From positions 124,001-188,000 of the forward strand of contig NIVC01001740.1 in NCBI GenBank assembly GCA_002269645.1: a DNA stretch of 64,000 bases. Direction: 5' to 3'. How positions within the stretch are numbered: position 1 is the first letter of the stretch; the number at the start of each line of letters is the position of its first letter. A model generated the notes under the pieces. The model was not told the origin of the DNA and did not search any database. It was given only the letters and a program-made list of their open reading frames with translations. Origin of the DNA: Macrostomum lignano. Its lineage: Eukaryota. Of this stretch, positions 1 through 12,731 are shown piece by piece. The position numbers and the translations under genes are program-made.

Positions 1-35
1 TGTAAATCGACAAACTTTACATTTCTAAAAGAAAA

Positions 36-59
36 ACAGACAGGCAGACACAAAGAGGC

Positions 60-110
<51 letters not shown>

Positions 111-424
111 AAGATAGACAGACAGACACTAAGACAGACAGACACAGAGAGGCAGGCAGACAGACAGACAGACGGACAGACAGACAGACAGACAGACGGA
201 CAGACAGACAGACAGTCAGACAGACAGTCAGACAGACAGACAAGACAGACAGACAGGCAGACAGAAAGACAGACGGACGGACAGACAGACAGACAGTCAG
301 ACAGACAGACAGACAGGCAGACACAGAGAGGCAGACAGACAGGCAGACAGACAAACAGGCAGGCAGGCAGACAGACAGACAGGCAGACAGACAAACAGGC
401 AGGCAGGCAGACAGACAGACAGGC

Positions 425-467
<43 letters not shown>

Positions 468-468
468 A

Positions 469-505
<37 letters not shown>

Positions 506-528
506 GTCAGACAGACAGACAGACAGAA

Positions 529-573
<45 letters not shown>

Positions 574-596
574 GTCAGACAGACAGACAGACAGAA

Positions 597-629
<33 letters not shown>

Positions 630-683
630 CAGAGAGGCAGACAGACAGACAGACAGACAGACACAGAGAGGCAGACAGACAGG

Positions 684-714
<31 letters not shown>

Positions 715-936
715 GCAGACAGACAGGCAGACAGACACTAAGACAGACAGACACAGAGAGGCAGGCAGACAGACAGACAGACGGACAGACAGACAGACAG
801 ACGGACAGACAGACAGACAGTCAGACAGACAGACAGACAGACAGACAGGCAGACACAGAGAGGCAGACAGACAGGCAGACAGACAAACAGGCAGGCAGGC
901 AGACAGACAGACAGGCAGACAGACAAACAGGCAGGC

Positions 937-1016
<80 letters not shown>

Positions 1017-1040
1017 GGACGGACAGACAGACAGACAAAC
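36..1040. repeat. (ACAG)n microsatellite with GCAG/ACGG variants
   Basis: About 1 kb of near-continuous acagacag; explains the SVCL-type ORFs at 17-1085. Confidence 0.97.
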
Positions 1041-1561
1041 ACTGACATTGCTTTTGATGCAGAATGTACTAAAACAGAAAACCAAACAAATTAGTTAGGA
1101 TTTAATAGACGACAATCTGAAGCGCAATCAAGTCATAAATCCTAATAACATAATAGAAAGGAATATATTGTAGTTTAGCAGTCTAACACTCAATCAGCAG
1201 GCGATGGCTTTGACAAAAGAAAAATCTTAGAAGGTACAGTGTATAAAAAGCAAAAATCGGATTAAACAGATTCCAGTCGCAAGGACGGCGCGAGCCGGGG
1301 ACACGGGTGAACTGCTGGTAATTGAACATTAGCTGATTGTTAGCAGGATTAGTCAAAATACCTGTTCAAATTGCACTAAATAGTAAAGCAGGAATTACTG
1401 CAAGAGTAGCGAGTGCACACTGGGTATGTATTGTTTAGGCAAGTTAAATATACTGCTTCAGATAAGTCAGTTAAACTTCCTAAAAGTGCATTACATCTAA
1501 AGCATAAAAACGTGAAATAAATCAGTGGGAGGCGGAGGTTCCAATGGGTGAGCGAGAGGGG

Positions 1562-4245
1562 GTCAAATGGAGTGGCGAGGGGATAGAATGGAGTAGAGAG
1601 GGGATAGAATGGAGTAGAGAGGGGATAGAATGGAGTAGAGAGGGGATAGAATGGAGTAGAGAGGAGATAGATTGGAGTAGAGAGGGGATAGATTGGAGTA
1701 GAGAGGGGATAGAATGGAGTAGAGAGGGGATAGAATGGAGTGGAGAGGGGATAGAATGAAGAGGAGAATGGATAGAATGAAGAGGAGAGGGGACAGAATG
1801 GAGTGGAGAGGGGATAGAATGGAGTGGAGAGGGGATAGAATGGAGTGGAGAGGGGATAGAATGAAGAGGAGAATGGATAGAATGAAGAGGAGAGGGGACA
1901 GAATGGAGTGGAGAGGGGATAGAATGGAGTGGAGAGGGGATAGAATGGAGTGGAGAGGGGATAGAATGGAGTGGAGAGGGGATAGAATGGAGAGGAGAAG
2001 ATATAGAATGGAGAGGAGAAGGGATAGAATGGAGTGGAAGTGGAGAGGGGATAGAATGGAGTGGAGAGGGGATAGAATGGAGTGGAGAGGGGATAGAATG
2101 GAGTGGAGAGGGGATAAATGGAGTGGAGAAGGGATAGAATGGAGTGGAGAGGGGATAGAATGGAGTGGAGAGGTGATAGAATGAAGTGGAGAGGAGGATA
2201 GAATGGAGTGGAGAGGGGATAGAATGGAGAGGAGAGGGGATAGAATGGAGTAGAGAGGGGATAAAATGGAGTGGAGGGGATAGAATGGAGTGGAGAGGGG
2301 ATAGAATGGAGTGGAGAGGGGATAGAATGGAGTGGAGAGGGGATAGAATGGAGTGGAGAGGGGATAGAATGGAGTGGAGAGAGGATAGAATGGAGAGGAG
2401 AGGGGATAGAATGGAGTGGAGAGGGGATAGAATGGAGTGGAGAGAGGATAGAATGGAGAGGAGAGGGGATAGAATGGAGAGGAGAGGGGATAGAATGGAG
2501 TGGAGAGGGGATAGAATGGAGTGGAGAGGGGATAGAATGGAGTGGAGAGGGGATAGAATGGAGTGGAGAGGAGATAGAATGGAGTGGAGAGGGGATAGAA
2601 TGGAGTGGAGAGGAGATAGAATGGAGTGGAGAGGGGATAGAATGGAGTGGAGAGGGGATAGAATGGAGTGGAGAGGGGATAGAATGGAGTGGAGAGGGGA
2701 TAGAATGGAGTAGAGAGGGTATAGAATGGAGTGGAGGGGATAGAATGGAGTGGAGAGGGGATAGAATGGAGTGAAGAGGGGACAGAATGGAGTGGAGAGG
2801 AGGATAGAATGGAGTAGAGAGGGTATAGAATGGAGTAGAGAGGGGATAGAATGGAGTGGAGGGGATAGAATGGAGTGGAGAGGTGATAGAATGAAGTGGA
2901 GAGGGGATAGAATGGAGAGGAGAGGGGATAGAATGGAGTGGAGAGGGGATAGAATGGAGTGGAGAGAGGATAGAATGGAGAGGAGAGGGGATAGAATGGA
3001 GAGGAGAGGGGATAGAATGGAGTGGAGAGGGGATAGAATGGAGTGGAGAGGGGATAGAATGGAGTGGAGAGGGGATAGAATGGAGTGGAGAGGAGATAGA
3101 ATGGAGTGGAGAGGGGATAGAATGGAGTGGAGGGGATAGAATGGAGTGGAGAGGGGATAGAATGGAGTGGAGAGGAGATAGAATGGAGTGGAGAGGGGAT
3201 AGAATGGAGTGGAGAGGGGATAGAATGGAGTGGAGAGGGGATAGAATGGAGTGAAGAGGGGATAGAATGGAGTAGAGAGGGTATAGAATGGAGTGGAGGG
3301 GATAGAATGGAGTGGAGAGGGGATAGAATGGAGTGAAGAGGGGACAGAATGGAGTGGAGAGGAGGATAGAATGGAGTAGAGAGGGTATAGAATGGAGTAG
3401 AGAGGGGATAGAATGGAGTGGAGGGGATAGAATGGAGTGGAGAGGGGATAGAATGGAGTGGAGAGGGATAGAATGGAGGAGAGGGGACAGAATGGAGAGG
3501 AGAAGGGATAGAATGGAGTGGAAGTGGAAAGGGGATAGAATGGAGTGGAGAGGGGATAGAATGGAGTGGAGAGGAGGATAGAATGGAGTGGAGAGGAGGA
3601 TAGAATGGAGTGGAGAGGGGATAGAATGGAGTGGAGAGGGGATAGAATGGAGTGGAGAGGGGATAGAATGGAGTGGAGAGGGGATAGAATGGAGTAGAGA
3701 GGGTATAGAATGGAGTGGAGGGGATAGAATGGAGTGGAGAGGGGATAGAATGGAGTGGAGAGGGTATAGAATGGAGTGGAGAGGAGGATAGAATGGAGTA
3801 GAGAGGGTATAGAATGGAGTAGAGAGGGGATAGAATGGAGTGGAGGGGATAGAATGGAGTGGAGAGGGGATAGAATGGAGTGGAGAGGGGATAGAATGGA
3901 GGAGAGGGGACAGAATGGAGAGGAGAAGGGATAGAATGGAGTGGAAGTGGAGAGGGGATAGAATGGAGAGGAGAAGGGATAGAATGGAGTGGAGAGGGGA
4001 TAGAATGAAGTGGAGAGGGGATAGAACGGAGTGGAAGTGGAGAGGGGATAGAATGGAGTGGAGAGGGGATAGAATGAAGTGGAGAGGGGGTAGAATGGAG
4101 TGGAGAGGGGATAGAATGGAGTGGAGGGGATAGAATGGAGTGGGAGTGGAGAGGGGATAGAATGGAGTGGAGAGGGGATAGAATGGAGTGGAGAGGGGAT
4201 AGAATGAAGAGGAGAGGGGATAGAATGAAGTGGAGAGGGGATAAA
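1562..4245. repeat. 21-bp purine-rich minisatellite (ggggatagaatggagtggaga)n
   Basis: About 2.7 kb tandem array; the 7-aa period (WRGDRME) of the ORFs corresponds to 21 nt; it starts about 80 bp beyond the ITPK1 stop. Confidence 0.96.
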
Positions 4246-4321
4246 TCAGGGAATAAAAAGATTTCCTATTCAAATCGACTCAGTCCGACAGTCCTTCACC
4301 CGACGGGGCCCAATGTCCTGA

Positions 4322-7300
4322 CTAATAATTAACCTTCAGCTTGATCAACTCAACCAGAGCGTCAACATAGTTGGGCATGGACTCGAATCCGGGAAACTGG
4401 TTAATGTCTACCAGGCCTAATCTACCAGATCGGGTGTCGGGCACCAGGTCCAAATTGAGCAGGTCGAGGCCGAGCACAGAGCGGCAGGCACGGCACAGCG
4501 GCTCCAGCAGGCCGGAGTAGCGGGACAGCAGCATCTCGCCGTCATCGCCGTTTTGAGCGGAGGCAGCGGCGTCGGACAGCTCGGACTGGCAGCCGGCCTT
4601 GGAGACGGCGTGGCTGGAGAACTGGATGGCCGGGCCGGCGTGGTCGGCCTGGAAATCGCGAACTGACGGACGAATGCAGGCGTGAATTCGGCTGCCAAGG
4701 ACGTACACCTGCGGTTGAAGGGGGCGGTGATGGCGCGGATTATCTGCCAGTGAAGGGGCGGATTATCTGGCAGTGAAGGGGCGGATTATCTGGCAGTGAA
4801 GGGGCGGATTATCTGGCAGTGAAGGGGCGGATTATCTGGCAGTGAAGGGGCGGATTATCTGCCAGTGAAGGGGCGGATTATCTGGCAGTGAAGGGGCGGA
4901 TTATCTGGCAGTGAAGGGGCGGATTATCGGATAGTGAAGGGGCGGATTATCGGATAGTGAAGGGGCGGATTATCGGATAGTGAAGGGGCGGATTATCGGA
5001 TAGTGAAGGGACGGATTATCTGGCAGTGAAGGGGCAGATTATCTGGTAGTGAAGGGGCGGATTATCTGGTAGTGAAGGGGCAGATTATCTGGTAGTGAAG
5101 GGGCGGATTATCTGGTAGTGAAGGTGTGGATTATCTGGCAGTGAAGGGGCAGATTATCTGGTAGTGAAGGGGCAGATTATCTGGTAGTGAAGGGGCAGAT
5201 TATCTGGTAGTGAAGGGGCAGATTATCTGGTAGTGAAGGGGCAGATTATCTGGTAGTGAAGGGGCGGATTATCTGGTAGTGAAAGGGGAGATTATCGGAT
5301 AGTGAAGGGGCAGATTATCTGGCAGTGAAGGGGCGGATTATCTGGCAGTGAAGGGACGGATTATCTGGCAGTGAAGGGGCGGATTATCTGGTAGTGAATG
5401 AGCGGATTATCGGATAGTGAAGGGGCGGATTATCGGATAGTGAAGGGGCGGATTATCGGATAGTGAAGGGGCGGATTATCGGATAGTGAAGGGGCGGATT
5501 ATCGGATAGTGAAGGGGCGGATTATCGGATAGTGAAGGGGCAGATTATCTGGCAGTGAAGGGGCGGATTATCTGGCAGTGAAGGGACGGATTATCTGGCA
5601 GTGAAGGGGCGGATTATCTGGTAGTGAATGAGCGGATTATCGGATAGTGAAGGGGCGGATTATCGGATAGTGAAGGGGCGGATTATCGGATAGTGAAGGG
5701 GCGGATTATCGGATAGTGAAGGGGCGGATTATCGGATAGTGAAGGGGCGGATTATCGGATAGTGAAGGGGCAGATTATCTGGTAGTGAAGGTGTGGATCA
5801 TCTGGTAGTGAAGGGGCGGATTATCTGGTAGTGAAGGGGCAGATTATCTGGTAGTGAAGGGGCAGATTATCTGGTAGTGAAGGGGCAGATTATCTGGTAG
5901 TGAAGGTGAAGATTATCTGGTAGTGAAGGTGTGGATTATCTGGTAGTGAAGGTGTGGATTATCTGGTAGTGAAGGGGCAGATTATCTGGTAGTGAAGGGG
6001 CAGATTATCTGGTAGTGAAGGGGCAGATTATCTGGTAGTGAAGGTGTGGATTATCTGGCAGTGAAGGGGCAGATTATCTGGTAGTGAAGGGGCAGATTAT
6101 CTGGTAGTGAAGGGGCAGATTATCTGGTAGTGAAGGGGCAGATTATCTGGTAGTGAAGGGGCAGATTATCTGGTAGTGAAGGGGCGGATTATCTGGTAGT
6201 GAATGAGCGGATTATCGGATAGTGAATGAGCGGATTATCGGATAGTGAAGGGGCGGATTATCGGATAGTGAAGGGGCGGATTATCGGATAGTGAAGGGGC
6301 GGATTATCGGATAGTGAAGGGGCAGATTATCTGGTAGTGAAGGTGTGGATCATCTGGTAGTGAAGGGGCGGATTATCTGGTAGTGAAGGGGCGGATTATT
6401 TGGCAGTAAAGGGGCGGATTATCTGGTAGTGAAGATGAAGATTATCTGGTAGTGAAGGTGTGGATTATCTGGTAGTGAAGGTGTGGATTATCTGGCAGTG
6501 AAGGGGCAGATTATCTGGTAGTGAAGGGGCAGATTATCTGGTAGTGAAGGGGCAGATTATCTGGTAGTGAAGGGGCAGATTATCTGGTAGTGAAGGGGCA
6601 GATTATCTGGTAGTGAAGGGGCGGATTATCTGGTAGTGAAGGGGCAGATTATCTGGTAGTGAAGGGGCAGATTATCTGGTAGTGAAGGGGCAGATTATCT
6701 GGTAGTGAAGGTGTGGATTATCTGGCAGTGAAGGGGCAGATTATCTGGTAGTGAAGGGGCAGATTATCTGGTAGTGAAGGGGCAGATTATCTGGTAGTGA
6801 AGGGGCAGATTATCTGGTAGTGAAGGTGTGGATTATCTGGTAGTGAAGGGGTGGATTATCTGGTAGTGAAGGGGTGGATTATCTGGTAGTGAAGGGGTGG
6901 ATTATTTGGTAGTGAAGGGGCGGATTATCTGGTAGTGAAGATGAGGATTATCTGGTAGTAAAGAATCAGGAAATGAGTCTGGATTATCGGACCGAAATAA
7001 AGGAAATTATCAATGCTTACCTTGATAATCCTAGCACCATGATTGACAAACTCCTGAGCCACCAAGGGCGGCCGCAGGTCGGCCAGCTGTCCGGCATTGA
7101 ACACCAGCGACATACTGTGCGCCTCCGCTCCGGAGGCCAGATGCGGCTTGCACAGCAGCGGGAAGCGGAGCGCGCCGTTGGAGTCGGCGACGGGGTCGCC
7201 AGGGTTCTGGACGAGGGCGTAGCGGGGCACGAACACCCGCTGGCGCAGCGGCTCGGGGCATGCGGCGACGCATCTGTAAATTTCACGGCGTGGAAGGATT

Positions 7301-8125
7301 TGTGTACGTGCGTGGGCGGGCAGGTGTACCGGTACAAGTGCCTGTGTGTGTCTGTGTACATGTACCTGGGCGGGCAGGTGTACCGGTACAAAGGCCTGGG
7401 TGGGTGTGTGTACATGTGCGTGGGCGGGCAGGTGTACATGTGCGTGGGCAGGTGTGTGTAGATGTTCGTGGGCGGGTATGTGTACATGTGCGTGGGCGGG
7501 TGTGTACATTTGCGCGTACGTATGCTTGGGCGGATATGCGTAAAATGTACATCACATATGCGTGGCAGTTTACTGTTACATTTGCATGGGCAAAGATGTA
7601 CATATGACTGGGAGGATATCCGAATGTACATCTGCTTGGGCGGGAATGCATTTAAGTACGTGGACAGATGTGTATGCATGTGATTTTGCTACTGAACATA
7701 TTCTAACCAAATGCGGATAAATAAATCGAACACAATAGGCAAATTTATTTTGCCCCAGCACACCTGGACATGGCCTGGCACTGGGCAAAGCGGTACAGCA
7801 GCATGGACTCGAGGCCGCGCAGAGGGTCCAACAGAACCAACTCGGAGCCTCTTGCCTCTATCCAAGCTTTAAACCGCCGGACACGATCGATCGATTCGGG
7901 TTTATTCGAGGTCAATTCCGAGTGAATCTTGTGCAGCACAACTCTATAGCGACTGCCCGACTGCAGCAGTTCGTCTAAATCTAGTCGGTGGAATCGAACC
8001 CCAGACGGCGGATTCTGACGGCACCGTTCGAAGAGGCGCAGCTTGCGCTCCTTCTCGTCGGACAGAAGGACGGCCACCTCAATTGGAGGCCGGTCCGCTG
8101 CGGCGGACGAAGCAACTTCGGCAGA
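4322..8125 (-). CDS. ITPK1: Inositol-tetrakisphosphate 1-kinase (ATP-grasp); exons 8125-7764, 7273-7021, 4708-4322
   Basis: Family motifs: [57 protein letters not shown]|[35 protein letters not shown] junctions are phase-compatible (2 and 0); 1002 nt = 334 codons including the stop. No ATG in exon 1 before residue ~90. Confidence 0.93.
4738..6960. repeat. 23-bp minisatellite (gtgaaggggcggattatctggca)n filling ITPK1 intron 2
   Basis: Roughly 95 tandem units with ctggta/ctggca/cggata variants. Confidence 0.96.
7295..7680. repeat. Degenerate gtgtacatgtgcgtgggcggg repeat in ITPK1 intron 1
   Basis: Repeated gtgtacatgtgcgtgggcggg-like units between the donor at 7763 and the acceptor at 7274. Confidence 0.8.
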
Positions 8126-9282
8126 CTGAAAGAGCGAATAAGTGACGTTTTAATTGCATAACCAATCAGTCGCCTATTTTGCTACTTATTCAGAAAGTAG
8201 TAGAGTACGAATAGAGCCACTATTGCTATAAAAAGACTGGTGCTGGAGTAATGCTGAGCTCTGGGCACTAACTATAACTTATACTATAGTACGTGTACCG
8301 TACATGCACGCTATCCTCTCTTCTCCCTTCGCTCTGACTGACCAAGCTTCCATGCACGTAGTTAATTGACATCACGTGACTCTGTTTCGGAATTGAGTCA
8401 TGTCATTATTAAATAGGCTACTTACTTCCCAATTACTCCGCACCCAGCCCAACTCTGCGTTGCGTGGCGCAACTTGTGTCACTGAAAAGTCAAAACTGAG
8501 CTGGAATTTACTGCGCACTCTCAAAGCCAAAGGTGGCGACTTTTTAATGTTGTTGAGTATATATCCTTTTCTAGTAAGAATTAAAATCATAAGAATATAA
8601 CAGACACAGATAATTGGTGAAAGGACAGTTGACCTTTCACCTCAAACTTGCCCCATTTCTATGAATTTCGCGTTTGAAGATGCATTTGCGCTACTCAAAC
8701 ACACGGATGTGGAGACCGAAAAGCAAAAAAATTGAAACCGAAATATAGCATTTCTTTATTCTTTTAACGATCTTTCGGAAACGGACTTCCTCAATTGACT
8801 GTTCAGTTGTGTGGGTAGTAGCTGGATAATTTTAAAAATAAATGCCTTAAAACAGCTCTTTCTCCGTTCTCTGTTAATGTTCGAAGAAACCTTCCAGTTT
8901 CTCAACAGCACTCTTCTGCAAGTGGCATCTCTTTGCTTCATTGTGCTTGAAGCGTTATGCTTGACAAGTTATATGCTTTCTCTGTTTCCCCACGCGTTGA
9001 GATAAAAATTGTCGATGATAGAAGGCAAATGTTGATGGGCTAAAGCTAATGTGTCCAATATCAGTATGGGCCATATACAATGTTCTGATCTGAACGTTGA
9101 TTTTGTACCATAAACGATTATAAACGTGATTTCTCAAAAAGGTCTCAAATGCATGGTGATGGCCTTAGGAGTCTAGGACTAAACTCGTAGTGGGGAACTG
9201 GGAAGCGAAGTTGATTTACAATCACCGAAGCGAACTTAAGTACATAGCTTAGCTTATTAGACAAGCTGAAACAAGACCAGCG

Positions 9283-10044
9283 ATGAGTCAGCGGCAAGTT
9301 GCCAGTTCCGGCGATATGTCGCAGAAAATATCAAACGCTAGCGTCACTCCAGCAACTGTTAGCATCTATTACTGCGACAGAAATCGTGTGGGCCGTCAAC
9401 CTCTTGGCACTGGCAGGTTGCTAACGGTACAGATTGACACTGATGTCGAGTCCAATGAGCATTTATTAGCTCTCGTACAGCCTGACCAGACAGTGCGGTC
9501 TCGTTTATTAGCCTGGCCGGAGAGCGTCAAACGGAATTGCATTTTGTTAGGCTTTTATACGGCTAATACTAATAAGGCGGCAAGTTCAAAGGTGGCGGCG
9601 ACTTCAAAGACGTCGGAGACAATAAAAGAGTCGGCGGCAACTTCAAGCACGCCGGAGTTAATGAAATGGTTCGAAACTTCAAATATTACGGAGACAATAA
9701 AAGATTCCGGTACTTCAAAGACGCCGGAGACAATAAAAGAGTTGGCGGCAACTTCAAAGACGTCGGAGACAATAAAACAGCCCGCGGCAACTTCAAAGAC
9801 GCCAGAGACAGTAAAACAGCCGGCGGCAACTTCAAAGACGCCAGAGACAATAAAACAGCCGGCGGCAACTTCAAAGACGCCAGAGACAATAAAAGAGTCG
9901 TCAAATTCAGTTGCTGGAATGCTGGGTCGCATAGGCTACGGATACCTATTAAATTGTTGCAACAGGGACTGCAGTTTGCTCAAATTTACAGTGGTCAAAT
10001 CTTCGTCAGCAAGCATGTCAAAAAATAGGCTGAAGTCGTCTTGA
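9283..10044 (+). CDS. Hypothetical 253-aa protein with 13-aa (39-bp) repeats TSKTPETIKQPAA
   Basis: ATG-initiated ORF with a non-repetitive N-terminal ~95 aa followed by about 7 in-frame repeats; no family recognised. Confidence 0.4.
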   Translation: MSQRQVASSGDMSQKISNASVTPATVSIYYCDRNRVGRQPLGTGRLLTVQIDTDVESNEHLLALVQPDQTVRSRLLAWPESVKRNCILLGFYTANTNKAASSKVAATSKTSETIKESAATSSTPELMKWFETSNITETIKDSGTSKTPETIKELAATSKTSETIKQPAATSKTPETVKQPAATSKTPETIKQPAATSKTPETIKESSNSVAGMLGRIGYGYLLNCCNRDCSLLKFTVVKSSSASMSKNRLKSS

Positions 10045-10522
10045 ACACCCACTATCTTACTAGACAACTAGCATAATACCTTTTATTTTTTTAGGATAAA
10101 ACACTTACCTACAGCATAATTATTAGGGAAAAAGTAATTACAACAGGAAAAATTAAAGTAACACCCAATCGTTCATTTTTTGTATTTATTTTTATGTTGT
10201 TCATTCTTGAGCGCCGTACATTAAAAGCTAACAGATTGCGCCTTGTATTAAACTAATAACACCGGAAAAGCGATGACGCAATATACAGATACTGAATACA
10301 CGATGCCGCACTCCTCAATTATTGCCCACTAATTAATATCGACGTGGTAATGCATCAGCTGCTGTGCTGACTGGCGGTAGCACATCATTTTGTCGCTATT
10401 CTTGATAACGACAAAACACAACGTGTAAGCGAATTTATATAACTGGAACACGTGCTATATATTGTGTGCTGTGCACCAGTTGCTACACGCCAACTGCGAA
10501 CACAAAATCTTTTGCCAAATGT

Positions 10523-10580
10523 ACTGTCTGTTTGTTTGATTGTCTGTCTGTCTGTCTGTCTTTGTGTCTGTCTGTCTTTG

Positions 10581-10631
<51 letters not shown>
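10523..10631. repeat. (TGTC)n microsatellite just past the COX15 stop
   Basis: Direct reading of tgtctgtc runs. Confidence 0.9.
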
Positions 10632-10632
<1 letters not shown>

Positions 10633-10657
10633 AGTTCAGCAGCTACAGCCTAACAGT

Positions 10658-11610
10658 TCACTTGGGCACGCGCCTCAGCTCGTGCATGAGCCAAGTCGTG
10701 GTGCCCAGCAGAGCCAGACTGCCAGTCTGGTGACAGGCGGCCAAAGCGATGGGCACGTAGGTGAGCAGAGTGGCGATGCCCAGCCCGGCCTGGGTGCACA
10801 CTACTGCCAGTAGGCTGTTCAGCGCCAGCCTAGTTCGAGGCGGCAGAGCGGCTCTGCGAGTTTTGGCCGCCACAGCCCACAGCCAAACGGCGGCAACCGC
10901 ACAGGCGGTGCTGTGCCCCAGCAGTCGGTGATTGAACTGAGTAGCGCTGGCATTCTCAAACAGATTCCTCCAAGCCGGCTGCAGAGCCCAATAGTCGGTT
11001 GGCACCCAGCGGTCGGCCATCTTCGGCCAGCTGTTGTACACCAAGCCGGCGTCGATACCGGCAACGAACGCGCCGGAAATGGCCGTGGCGAAGGCGGCCG
11101 ACGTCAGCAGGTGGGCAGCGGCGGCCAGGCGGCCGCGCAGAGCCACGGCGGCGCCGAATTGAGTGAACGGCAGCAGGTGGGTGAGGGCCGACCAGGTGAA
11201 CAGGGAGAATAGCAGCAGGGCCGAGCCCAGGTGAGCGGCCAGTCTGTACTGGCTGACCCGGGGCACGTCCTGAGTCAGGGTGTCCTTGCTCAGCCCGCTG
11301 CGGACCATGTACCAGCCTAGCAGTCCTTGGCCAAGGATTAGACTGCCGTAGATTAGCACTCGCTTGCGCATGGCGGGCTGAGGTGGGGGCGGGGGTGGTA
11401 GGGACGGCATGTGGCACTGCGGTTTGACATGTTGTTGCTTAGGGATCAGTGGTAGAATTGACAAAACTACTTGACTCAATGCTGGCTGCGATTTGAGTGT
11501 CGAAATATTATCCAATTCACTAACTGACTAACCCACTAACTGACTAACTGACTGACTAAATAACCAACTAACTGACTGACTTACTAGCTGACTAACTGAC
11601 TAACTAACTG

Positions 11611-11641
<31 letters not shown>

Positions 11642-11682
11642 CACTGACTAACTAACTAACTGACTAACTAATTAACTAATTG

Positions 11683-11717
<35 letters not shown>

Positions 11718-11718
11718 G

Positions 11719-11753
<35 letters not shown>

Positions 11754-11777
11754 GACTAAGTAAGTAACTAACTAACC

Positions 11778-11821
<44 letters not shown>

Positions 11822-11918
11822 GACTGACTAACTAACTAACTAACTAACTGACTAAGTAAGTAACTAACTAACCAACTAACTAACTAACTAACTAACTGAC
11901 TAACTAATTAACTAATTG

Positions 11919-11953
<35 letters not shown>

Positions 11954-11954
11954 G

Positions 11955-11993
<39 letters not shown>

Positions 11994-12034
11994 CACTGAC
12001 TAACTAACTAACTGACTAACTAATTAACTAATTG

Positions 12035-12073
<39 letters not shown>

Positions 12074-12125
12074 GACTAACTAACTAACTAACTAACTAAC
12101 TGACTAAGTAAGTAACTAACTAACC

Positions 12126-12161
<36 letters not shown>

Positions 12162-12410
12162 GACTGACTAACTAACTAACTAACTAACTGACTAAGTAAG
12201 TAACTAACTAACCAACTAACTAACTAACTAACTAACTGACTAACTAATTAACTAATTGACTAACTAACTAACTAACTAACTAACTAATTGACTAACTAAC
12301 TAACTGACTAACTAACTGACTAACTAACTAACTGACTAACTAACTAACTAACTGACTAAATAACCAACTAACTGACTGACTTACTAGCTGACTAACTGAC
12401 TAACTAACTG

Positions 12411-12453
<43 letters not shown>

Positions 12454-12674
12454 CACTGACTAACTAACTAACTGACTAACTAACTAATTGACTAACTAAC
12501 TAACTAACTAACTAACTGACTGACTAAGTAAGTAACTAACTGACTAACTAACTGACTAAATAACTAACTGACTGACTAAGTAAGTAACTAACTAACCAAC
12601 TAACTAACTAACTAACTAATTGACTAACTAACTAACTGACTAACTAACTAACTCACTGACTAACTAACTAACTG

Positions 12675-12731
<57 letters not shown>

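Noticed and set aside
17-4332. SVCL-, PLHSI- and WRGDRME-repeat ORFs
   Set aside because: Artefacts of (ACAG)n and the 21-bp array; the same applies to 24013-24723, 39316-39519 and 43699-44335.
6973-7461. Plus-strand ORFs opposite real exons (also 10913-11212, 53607-54008, 61997-62398, 63341-63853)
   Set aside because: Antisense shadows of GC-rich coding exons with no independent motifs.
8700-9140. Coding-looking stretch between ITPK1 and the 9283 ORF
   Set aside because: All frames are broken within about 60 codons and no motif is recognisable.
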